NCBI RefSeq assembly: GCF_006345805.1
Contig: NC_042999.1
Location: 56,792,001-56,856,000, forward strand
DNA from: Octopus sinensis
Taxonomy: Eukaryota
Direction: 5' to 3'
DNA: 64,000 nt
The notes under the pieces are model-generated. The model saw only the letters and a program-made list of their open reading frames with translations. It was not told the origin of the DNA and ran no database searches. The position numbers were made by a program, and so were the translations under genes. Below, one piece after another: positions 12,843 to 24,800 of the stretch. The stretch's first letter is position 1; each line of letters begins with the position of its first letter.

Positions 12843-15800
12843 GTATGTGTGTCTGTGTTTACATCCCCATAATTTAGCAGTTCAGCAAAAGAGACTGATA
12901 GAATAAGTACCAGGCTTACAAAGAATAAGTCCTGGGGTTGATTTGCTTGACTACAGGCGGTGCTCCAGCATGGCCACAGTCAAATGACTGAAACAAGTAA
13001 AAGAGTATAACTTCTCACCAAGAAAACGACCATGTGACTGTGCTGTCAAAGCTGGCACACCCTTCACCATTGATTTTTTGCCATTCCCCCATTATCCTAT
13101 GATGTGTCTGGTACCATATTATGATACAATGCGCTGTGAAGTGTGCAGTGTTATTTCAGGACACCTGCTGCCAAATTTCAAGCAGGGATATAACTAAGAG
13201 TTTTCCATTAAGATTTATGATTAAATTATAAATGTTTTTGCCATTTTTGACCAGTGAGCAGTGCACACCTGGAATATAGGCCACCCTGATAAGTACTCAC
13301 TTTAACAGTATATGAGAGTCAATGACAACATAAGGACCATCAAGGAGAACAAATATAGATGAGCTGGCCACATTGCGTGACTGAAGAATGATAGATGGAC
13401 AATCAGAGATATCCAGAAGTGGAAGGAGTCCAGGGACGGATTCCTCCATCAGGAGTAATGAAGCCCTGACCTGGGTGAAACATGCTGTATACTGTCAATA
13501 GAACATACCCCTAGAAACAGCGAAAGAAATAGTGGAATTATGTGACTCAGGACTAAGGAGTGATGTGATGCTGAATGACAATAGTACATAGCAATGATAA
13601 ATACATCCAAGCCATGTGGAAGAGTGATGACAGTGATAGTGTTGATGATGATACGGAACTTAGTACTTGATACTCTCTCTTTTACTCTTTTACTTGTTTC
13701 AGTCATTTGACTGTGGCCATGCTGGAGCACCGCCTTTAGTCAAGCAAATCGACCCCAGGACTTATTCTTTGTAAGCCTAGAACTTATTCTATCGGTGTCT
13801 TTTGCCGAACTGCTAAGTTACGGGGACGTAAACACAGTAGCATCGGTTGTCAAGCGATGTTGGGGGGGGGGAGAAACATATACACACATATACATATATA
13901 CGAATGGCTTCTTTCAGTTTCTGTCTACCAAATCTACTCACAAGGCTTTGGTCAGCCCAAGGCTATAGAAGACACTTGCCAAAGGTGCCACGCAGTGGGA
14001 CTGAACCCGGAACTATGTGGTTCGTAAGCAAGCTACTTACCACACAGTCACTCCTACACCAATAGGTATATATTTCAGAATGACTGACTTTGTCGATCAC
14101 CCCAGAAGAGTGAAAGAAAAAAAAAATTAGTTCTGGCAAAATTCGAACTCAGAGAATAAAGGTTTGTAAGTAAAACTTGCAATGCATTTTGACCACCAAT
14201 GTACAGTGATTGAGAATAAATAATGACATTGACTTAATTGCAAGACTACAAAATCTTTTGAGGTGGGATGGTTCATAGGTAATCATATCTACTTCAGTAC
14301 CTGACTGGAATTTTATCAACCTTGCTATTTCCACAAAATGAGAAGCAATTAAACTATTAAACATTAACTTTCAGAACAATACCTCTCAGAGGTCCAGTCT
14401 ACCAATCATCTACCCTCACAAAAATACAAGACATCCAACAATGTATCACTCTTACTCTTACACTTCTTTCAGTCATTTCACTGCGGCCATGCTGGAGCAC
14501 CGCATTTTAGTCGAGCAAATCGACCCCAGGACTTATTCTTTGTAAGCCTAGTACTTATTCTATTGGTCTCTTTTGCTAAACCACTAAGTTACAGGGATGT
14601 AAACACACCAGCATCGATTGTCAAGTGATGTTGGGGGGGGGGACAGACACACAAACATATATATATATATATACATATATATATACATATATACAACGGG
14701 CTTCTTTTCAGTTTTCATCAACCAAATCCACTCACAAGGCTTTGGTCGGCCCGAGGTTATAATAGAAGACACAGTGGAACTGAACCTAGAACCATGTGGT
14801 TGGTAAGCAAGCTACTTACCACACAGCCACTCCTGTGCCTAAAATTTCTAACAGACACAAAATTACAAATTCACTGGTACACTTATTTTTTGTCCTCGAG
14901 AGGACAAATAACAAAACTGTGAGATATAAAACTAGAATGTAAAGATGGGTAATTAAATATAGCAAACTATTTTGTCCATCAATCTACTCTGTGAATTTGT
15001 GAATCATAACACTTAAGAAATAAATAACTTTAAAATAATTATATACCACATGTTGTATTTTGTGGAGGCACATGGCCTAGTGGTTAGAGCAGCAGACTCG
15101 CAGTCGAGGGATAGTGGGTTCGAATCTCAGACCAGGCGATGTGTGTGTTTATGAGCAAAACACCTAAGCTCCATGCGCTCCAGCAGAAGGTAATGGCGAA
15201 CTTCTGCTGACTCTTTTGCCACAACTTTCTCTCACTCTTTCCTCCTGCATCTTGCAGCTCACCTGCGACGGACCGGCGTCCCATCCAGGTGGGGAACCTA
15301 TACGCCAAGGAAACCTGGAAACTGGCCCTTATGAGCCAGGCATGGCTCACAGTAGATTTGATAGATGTTTCCTCTGCTACCTTTTCTTCCTGTGATTTAT
15401 CATTTCTTGATTAATTAGCATCCTTCTCCAATGCTGTAGCTATCATCTGTTAAGAAATCAAGGAAACAACACCAGAGCAACTTCACAAACAACTTAATTC
15501 TGAATCATAAAATATTTGTTAAAATCTTTCCATAGGTGAAGGCATGGCTGTGTGGTAAGAAGCTTGCTTCCCAACCACATGGTTCCAGGTTCAGTCCCAC
15601 TCATTGGCACCTTGGACAAATGTCTTCTTTGCTAGCCACAGACCAACTAAAGCCTTGTGAGTGGACTTGGTAGATGGAAACTAAAAGAAGCCTGTTGTGT
15701 ATATATATCTATATGTATATATATATATCTGTGTGTGTGTGTCTTTGTGTCTGTATTTGCCCCCGCCCCCACAATTGCTTGAAAACTAATGCTGATGTAT

Positions 15801-18800
15801 TTATGCCCCTTAACTTAGCAGTTCATCAGAAGAAACCAATAGAATATGTACTAGGCTTATAAAGAATAAGTCCTGGGTCAATTTCTTTGACTAAAACCTT
15901 CAAGATGCCCCAGCATAGTCACAGGTAAAAGAATAAGCCAATGAAGAGAGGATGGGTAGAGCTTATATCATTTTTGGATGCTCTCAGACTACTGATAAAT
16001 ATATATATATATACACACATATACATACACATATATATACATACATATATTTATACATACACACACACATATATACATACATTTTAAAACATGTCCAGTA
16101 GTGTAGTGGAGGATGTGGGGGCATAGAGGATATGCTTTAAATGGGGATGGTACTTTTGGGTCTGCTGTATAAGCCAGTACAAGGGGCAGCAAACTCAAGG
16201 GGCCCTACGCCACACACACTCTAAATACACCAATAAATGTATCAAATATACATGAAAAGTTAGCAGTAAGGACACTGACTAAATGAAAAACTAAGATTGC
16301 CCAGGTGCCTTGCTGGAAAGAGTAGAAAGAAACTGTTACTACCTTGTGAAATGATTAGTAAAATTATAAGAGTCCAGTGTGGGAAATGAAATCGAAGTTC
16401 AGGGGAGCATGTTTTGCTGGTAACAAAGATTATTCTTTCTGTATAAAATATATTCTTTTATTATTTTACTTGTTTCAGTCATTTGACTGCAGCCATGCTG
16501 GAGCACTGACTTAGAGGGTTTTTTTTTTTTAGTCAAAGTAACTGACCCCAGGACTTATTCTGCTGGTCTCTTTTGCTGAACCACTAAGTTATGGGGATGT
16601 AAACACACCAGCATTGGTTGTCAAGTGATGGTGGGGGGACAAACACATACATACATACATATACGACTGTCTTCTTTCAGTTTCCACCTACCAGATCCAC
16701 TCACAAAGCTTTAGTCAGCCTGTGGCTACAATAGAAGACACTTGCCCAAAGCATCATGCAGTGGGACTGAACCTGGAATCATGTATTTCGGAAGCAAGCT
16801 TCTTTTATTCATTCAATTGGCCACAAGGGCCTTACAAAGAAAGGAAGCTGCGGGCTGGAAACAGACATAAGAGATGGAATGATTGATGATATGATAATAA
16901 CGAGGACAACAGCAACACCCATCGATTACTGTTTACCTGAGCACATTGTTCTTTATAAAACATTGAGGCAACCAAAAAACCTTACATAATAACACATTAA
17001 GGAGGCAATAGACCTCTTACATTTATGGCATACAAAGCCATTGTGAGGCAATAAACCTCTTACACAAGTCCATTTAGGAATCGATGAAACAATCTTCCTG
17101 CCCGACCAGACTTCTCGCCTCAGCTAAACACCTAGACAGCTCCAAGTGGGACCAATTTAGCATAAATCTGTAGGTATCCCCAGGGAAGGAGTCCCTTATC
17201 CTGAACAGGTCGTTCTCCCTCATGACCTTCAGAGCCACCTGCGAAGGCCAGTCAGGGTCCCCCATGCAGGACAGAATCCCTTCCCTTCGGCCTTTCATTT
17301 TAAGCTTCTTGACAAAGCCCTCTACTGTCCCTTATGGAAGAGGACCACAAATTCCTCCTCCGTATCACGAGGGGAGGGATGTAAAATTTCCATCTTTGGT
17401 GACAGATCCCACCCAAGATGCTTTAGGACACACCGGCAATGATCCATTTTTCTTTTTTTTACCTTTGAGCCACGGGAGGATGGAGTTCCTCCGCCTTGTC
17501 CAGCAGATCCTCCCTCCCTCCCGCAGCTCTTGGATCCTTTGGTGGGCAACAATGGTTGCCCACCTTTTGTTTTTTTCCCCTTTTTCGAGGAGGTTTCCAC
17601 CTCATCAACTTTCTCCTTCTCTCCCTCCAATGAGGGAGTAGGGGGCGGTATTTTTATCAACTGCTCCAGGATCCTATTTTGGTCCTTAGGGCAGTTCTTT
17701 TTGATATAGCCCGGTTCCAGGCATAGGTGACACTTGGAGGGGGGCATCCTTTCAGCATCACTGGATACCTAGACCCGGCCTTTCTCAAAATATCTGGAAA
17801 AACAAGATTTTTGGTTGATTGGGTCCATAGGGTCAAAACAGCTTTTGACCCCTCCCAATCAGCCACAGGCAAAATGTTCACATTGAGTAACTTGGTACTG
17901 CTGCCACTCAGACTCCAGCAGATAGTATCCTCTATCCACTCGAACTCAATTCCGGGTGGCAAACCGCAGACCCAAGCCCTCGTCAACTTCTTCCCACAAT
18001 AAGTGGGAAGGAACAAAATTTCCTTGCCCTCCAGGGGCTGGCTTGCAAATTCACAAGCTTCTTCAGGGGATTCAAACAGCAACCACACCGTTGCATAAGA
18101 AACAAGCTTCTTACCACACAGCCATGCCTGTGCCTGTATAAAACACATATTGTATGGCAGGGCAATGTGGAAGTCTTCTACAATAGCTTCAGGTTGATCT
18201 AGATCCCATAAAAGAAACAGCTGAATAAAAATTGTGGAGTTTCATCGGATGGACTGAGCAGTACATTAATCTCTGAGCTAATAATAATTACTCCTCTTTT
18301 TATCACCAACATAAAAACCCTGAAAAAGTGCTAAGGGCTCTGCCTTTCTTCCTATGATTAAACCATATAAAATCTGGTTGTTGACATAGTTTCATTGCTC
18401 CTCAGAAACCGGGATCCAGTTGTGGTTCTTGCACAATATAACTGCTCTCTTTCATTAGTGCTACTGTTATTATCAAGGCATTAATATTATGGCAACGAAC
18501 TGCTTCACTGCAAACTTTTGAAATGATAATAATAATAATAATGATAATAAATGCCCTGATGCAGTACCAGGCAGTGGCTCTCATGGCTTCTGATCTTAAC
18601 TGACTGGAAGTGTTATCTTGTACATTATTTTGTCTTGGTACAAAAGAAGGGCTACAGCAAATATTCTGCTCAATACCACGGATTTGCTTGTCAGTTGTTT
18701 GACCATAACTAGTTGAGTATGTCTCTTAATAGCTGACAATATGTGCATCTCTGATCACGAGCAGTAGTTGGGGAGCATCATAGCCATGTGTTGAGAGGGA

Positions 18801-21800
18801 TTCTTTGGGGTTTGAATAATTCACCTCTGGAAACATCCTTAAACAACCCTATTCAACAACCTTATTCATGGACCTTTTGGGCGGAATGGGCTACTCGACC
18901 AGAAGAAATTTTCAACTGGGCCCCACCTGCAAGGTCATGTGCTGTTTATCTTGATATGAGATCACCATATCGCGCACATATGCTTGTAATGCATGCGCCT
19001 AGTGTACCCTTATCAGACGCGTAGTCATGATGGGTATACTGGGCTTCGTATATTTTACCCCAGTGTCATTTTGATGGCATGCACTGCTCTCTCACTTTGA
19101 TATATTTGACAAATGTCCATTTTCAATGTAATGATTTTTTGGCATTGATGGTGGGTCATCGACAAAACATTTGATTCTCAATACTTAACTAGTAATTTTT
19201 TCTTATCAACTCAAGGAAGATGAAATGCAAGGCTGACATTGGAGTACAAAGGGACATAACTATATATTGTCAGTCATCTTGGTTCATTGACCTGACTGAT
19301 TCTGAGTTGGCATTGAGTAATCAAGTTAATAGAAGTGAATAAAGAAAAAAATGCAGTGTTAATAAAACTAAACTTTATCTCAGAACAGTTAGCTACAAAA
19401 CAAGTTGCATAGTTAACAGCATATTTCAGTTTTATAAGAATAACATACAACTGAGTCAGAAATATATATGAGCTCATATAACAATCAAGGAATGTTTAAA
19501 TAATGAAAAGTTACGTAAAATATCCTCTTTGTTCAACAAGAAAAACATTATCTCTAAAAATTTACCACAATAGGCAGAAAGAAACTTAGTTTAGGACATG
19601 TCATGTTCCTTACAAACACACAAATTTACGTAGATAAATCTCAGACAATCAAAGTATTTACAATCATTGCTAATCAAAATGACTATGTTGACAAAACTCC
19701 CTTTTGATACCAATCTGCCGGTGTTCCTGGTCAGATAAAAAAAAATTTTCTATTTCAAAGTGATCTAAACAAAATCTCGTGTTAGTGCGGGCACCAAACA
19801 GCAGCTTAATAATGACAAAGTTATGTTACGCAATCCATTATTTAAAAAAGTTATTGAAAAAAAAAAGGTTAAGTATTTCAATAAAAGTATGGTATCAAAA
19901 GAGTTACATAAAACTGAATGTTGTTGTTGTTTAGCCCCAGGACAGACCTGACTGAACAGATTTATGATCAAAGGCATTCCTGCAGTGATCATGTCCCTTT
20001 TTTTGCATAAATTCCTTACCCAAAACATCCTGCATTTTTCTTTATGACAATAGGGTGTGATTCAGGGAGGAAATTTGGCTACTGTTTTTAAAGATGGGCT
20101 TGATAAAATTGATTGACATCGATACAAACCTCAGATTTATAGGGAGTGGGTGAGTAATATTGTGTTATGATATTCAAACCTTTAGTAATATTTACTTTTT
20201 TTTATAGCAAATAGTCTCATAGGAGAGGGGCAGTACCAAGACCTTTCTAGTTCTTCTCTGACATCTTCAGGAAACATGTTGGCTGCCAGGATACAGTGAG
20301 TGTTAGTCTGGTTCAAATGCTTACAAAAGAGTGAGAGTGAACCTCATTAAAGGTACACAAAGACCAAATGGTGGTTTTAGGCCTTCCGGTGAAGGAAGAA
20401 AACTTGGAGATTCTAATCTGAATACTTGAAACACAGTTAACTTTGCTGAAGGCATATAAAGACCAAGTGGTAGTGGTGTTACTGAAGGGAGAAAACTGGA
20501 GGTCTGCTCCAAGTGTTTACAAGAGAGTGAATCTTGTTAGAGGCACCCACTGAAAGACCAGGTGGAAGTGTTAGTTTGGGAAACATGTGACAATATCAAC
20601 AACTAGGCTCGTGGATTTAGCAGAGCAGAAAACTAATGAAACCTAGGTTTATATATTATTGACAATGGATCAGTATTTAGAAGGATATCATGACTGCTAT
20701 GATGATATAGTTAGTCACAAGTTGTGAGAGATCGAGAATTATATCGACCATTATTAAGGTGGCAACAGGATGGTGAGCGGACACAATCGTTAGCATGCTG
20801 GACGAAATGCTTAGCAGTATTTTGCCCATCACTATGTTCTGTGTTAAAATTCTGCCAAGGTCAACCTTGCCTTTCACAGTCAATAAATTAAATAACAGTG
20901 AATCAGTGGGGTCGAAGCAAACCAATAGTTCCCCCCTCAAAATTTCAAGCCTTGTGCTTTCAGTAGAAAGGATTATTAAGGTGGCAAGCTGGTAGAATTG
21001 CTACTGTGCCAGACAAAATTCTTAGCAGTATTTCTTCCGGCTCTTTTTCTCTGAATGCAAATACTACCAAAGTTGATTGCCTTTCATCATTTGGGGGTAA
21101 AAAAGTACTAGTAGAGCACTGGGGGAGTCAATGTAATTGACATCCTGCACTCCTTAATAAAATTTCTGATGCTGTACCAAAATTAGAAAGAATTATTATT
21201 TGTATATCAAAACATTTTAAATAATCCAAACAAGGGAAATCCCATAATGGTTTAGCCAGCAGGTAACTCATGGTTTAGGCTGACCACTCTGTTATAGCAC
21301 AACAAACACATAAGTGTCTTTGGCACATCAGAAAAATAGTTATTCTTTTACTTATATTGGTTTTAGTGATTGGACTGTATCTAGGCTGGGGCCCTACCTT
21401 CAAGTCGATTATGATATCAACCCAGAGCTTTCGCTAGTGTTTCCTCTATCATTCTCATAAAATATGAAATGTAAAGTAGGCAATGTAATAATGGTAATTA
21501 ACAATTGTCACAAGATATTTCAGTGAGTATGTACCAGTTTGCTCCCAATGTTGATATAACCACATACAACAGTCTTCCACACTTTCCTTCTACCAAATTC
21601 TACCATTGACAAACACAAGGCTAAGAAAGAAAACACTTGCCCTAAGTGCCATGTGATGAGATTGAACCCAACACCTTGTAGTTGCAAAGTTAACTTCTTA
21701 ACCATAGTCATACTTATTTCCATTCTGCAGAAAATATCTTGGTATTTGAATTAAATAATTCCACATAGAATTTCACTTCCATAAATATTTACATACTTTT

Positions 21801-24800
21801 TTTCTTCTTTTGACTTCAGTAAATACTATTGACAGTGTTGTTGTTTAGCCTGAGCTCAGATCAACCTTGACTGAGCAGTCATGATTAGAAGCACTCCAGC
21901 CATGATTATTCCATGATTTGGTATATTTAAGTACTACATCGTCAAAAATATGCTTTCTCTTTTTAAAATGCTTGGGTGTAATTTGGCTGCTTTTTCTAAC
22001 AGGTCAGGTGACCACACAGAGGTTCATTGTTGCTGCCGGTACTATTGCAACACCAAATAGCAACTTATAAGTGTCTTTTCTGTAACAAGTTATCTAATTC
22101 ATTTTCTTTGGAAGTAGTTAATTTTAATATGGAAATAAAAAAATGCAAGAAATTTCAACATTATCAATAAATACCCAACAAATATATTAACTATAAGCAA
22201 CAACATAAGATGTGAAGATAACTGCCAAGGCACAATTGTTTAGAGAAAGAAAATAGATTTTTTTTTAACAAAACAACACTAAAATCAGTTATAAAATATA
22301 TATTTAACTTAGAATGGAAAAAGATTTTTTTAATATTAAGTCAAATCATTTTCCTAAGGAAAAATAAGTAATAACATTTATCTTGAATAAATAATCTATA
22401 AAGTTAATAAGTCTAATTGACGTTAAGATTAGATTTATATAAGAAATAGGATTTATTTAAAAGCTTTAGGAGGCATTGACTGATTTAAGAGGGTCATTGT
22501 GGTAGTTGGCTGGGATTTGTAGGTGTAGGAGATGTAATTGTTGAAAATGTTTTTATGTAAGAGAGGAATTTCAGAAAAGACAATTCCTTTTTCAGCAGAA
22601 TGAAAGGTAAACTGAATATTAAGAATGAGTTTAACCCTTTAGCATTCAGACTACTCTGTCAAACGTCATGTTTATTGATTCACATTGTTTTGAATAATCA
22701 TGCATTACCTTGTAGCTTCATGATTCTGAGGATGAGATTGTTTATTTTTAGAATGATATTGTGTAGGGTAGGTGTGAGAGGCTGGATCTGACCTGTCTGA
22801 ACATAAAACAGGTAGAATATTTTGGCCTGATATGACCAGTTTACATGCTAAAGGATTAAGGTAATGAGAAACAGATGGTGTGTAAAGCAAAGAAAAAAAA
22901 AATAGCAGTATGAGATCCAGCCCCAATTTTGTCCTTTAACTAATAATGATATCTTTGGCACAAATCCACAAATTTGTAGGCAACTGGGAAAATAATGAAT
23001 TAAACTGAAGCCCCAGCTATTTGTCTGGTACTTGTTTATATAAGACTCGAGGTGAAAGGTAAAAATCAAATCTAATTCTGATAGGATTTGAACTCAGATG
23101 TAACTTCTCATAACTATTGATGCAATACAGAATTATTTCAAATCCTCAACCTTCAGCCTGCTAATGTGTCTTTTTCCTTTTTCTTTTGTTTTTTTTCTTG
23201 TAGCAAAAATACATTTTGAAGCCTAGTTGTGAAAACACCTACAAATTATTAAGAGCAGCAATGTATTTGGTATTGTTGCTGTCCCTTTCTCACCCAGTAC
23301 ACCTAATACTACAGACTGTCAGAAGCAAAACAACTCCTTGATAGAAAATATAATATATACATAAATTTGACCTATATATTGTTGTATAGTTAAACAGCCA
23401 TCGGCAACAAAGATTGTGATTTGGTATTTCTGTGTTGAGAATAACTGGCTGATTAAAACATTTCCCAGTATGGCACCGCAATGATGAACCAACCAGGCTA
23501 TCAGATATTGCTACACATCGCTGGTCACAATGCGCTTCGCATTGTTATAGCCTTCAAATGACGCCACCCTGCTGGCTAAGCGAGCAGGCCAACCGAATTA
23601 AGAGTGAGAGAAATTTGTGGCGAAAGAGTACAGCAGGGGTCGCCACCACCCCCTTCCGCAGCCTCGTGGAGCTTTAGGTGTTTTTGCTCAATAAACACTC
23701 ACAACGCCCGGTCTGGGAATCGAAACCGCAATCCTACAACCGCAAGTCCACTGCCCTATCCACTGGGCCATTGCACCTCCACATATTGTTGAATAGTTAA
23801 ACAGCCATCAGCAACAAATATTGTGATTTTCTATTTCTGTGTTGAGAATAACTGGCTGATTAAAACATTTCTCAGTATGGTACCGCAAAGATGAACGCCA
23901 TTTATAAATCTTATTGCAGCGTCGACATCGATAATGTTGACTGCCATGCTGACCACGCATGTGAGTGGAAAGAGAGTCTTTTGACGAACAAGTCTGCTCA
24001 CAGATGTTACATCGAAACAACTCACCACCATGGTGCTTTGTACGACCACAGAAACGTTTATGGGACAACAAACTTTTTTTGAAACGAAATGTTAAATTAC
24101 ATCGGTCACATTTTTCTTCTAGTATGTGATGTTTGTCAATGTGAGCTTTGTATGTCCAGAAACTATCAAAACCACGACCGCATATTGAGCAGTTAAATAG
24201 AAATTTTCCAAGGTGTTTAGAATTCATGTGACTCTGCAATCCATATTGAGTTTTATAGTGCTGACCACATTGTGGACAAGATATATTCCCAGCATTAAAC
24301 AATGGCAATGGATCAGCCAGAACTGTTTGCTGAAGTTGACCATCAAAGTTGGCATTGATATTTAGAGCAGAGTCTCTGTGGTACATGCTGACATGATGAA
24401 GCAGAAGTTCTTGAGAACTGGTTGAAAATATGCACTGGTTGCAATCATAGATGTCAGGGCCAATGTTAACCTTCTGCTCATGTTCTTCTACAGCAGTTGA
24501 CAGTTCTGCAAGCTCTGTGAACACATTGGAAGATTCTTCTATGGGTTTTGTAATTTCAAAGGTTTCTGGAAGTGGAAATGAAATGTAAGATGGAATATAA
24601 ATATTAGTTATCCAAATATTAGTTACCTAAAAATTACAAGATTTTAGTAAAAATTTACAAACAATTAACTATTAATCAAAAAATATTTTCTTTTATCATA
24701 AAAAACTCTTGTAGGTAAGTAGTGAGAGCACTGTCACTTGAATTAACACCAGAATATTATTACTATTTCACTGACTATTTTGAGCGATTAAAGCAAAGCT

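Larger units (their letters stand above)
11221..13400 (+). repeat. Old local direct duplication of about 200 bp (11221-11438 and 13187-13400)
   Basis: Both copies start ggatataactaagagttttccattaagatt and end gaagaatgatagatggaca. Confidence 0.7.

Noticed and set aside
15064-15140. tRNA gene-like sequences (also 23705-23782 and 54634-54710)
   Set aside because: These are SINE heads followed by SINE bodies, with no complete cloverleaf.
22445-22603. 52-codon minus-strand frame after a CAG acceptor (FTFHSAEKG...)
   Set aside because: Phase 0, incompatible with the exon-5 donor; no recognisable domain.
23808-24524. 238-aa stand-alone zinc-finger gene starting at 24524
   Set aside because: The listed start is GTG, not a normal eukaryotic start. 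The frame extends to a splice acceptor at 24565, so this is an internal or terminal exon.
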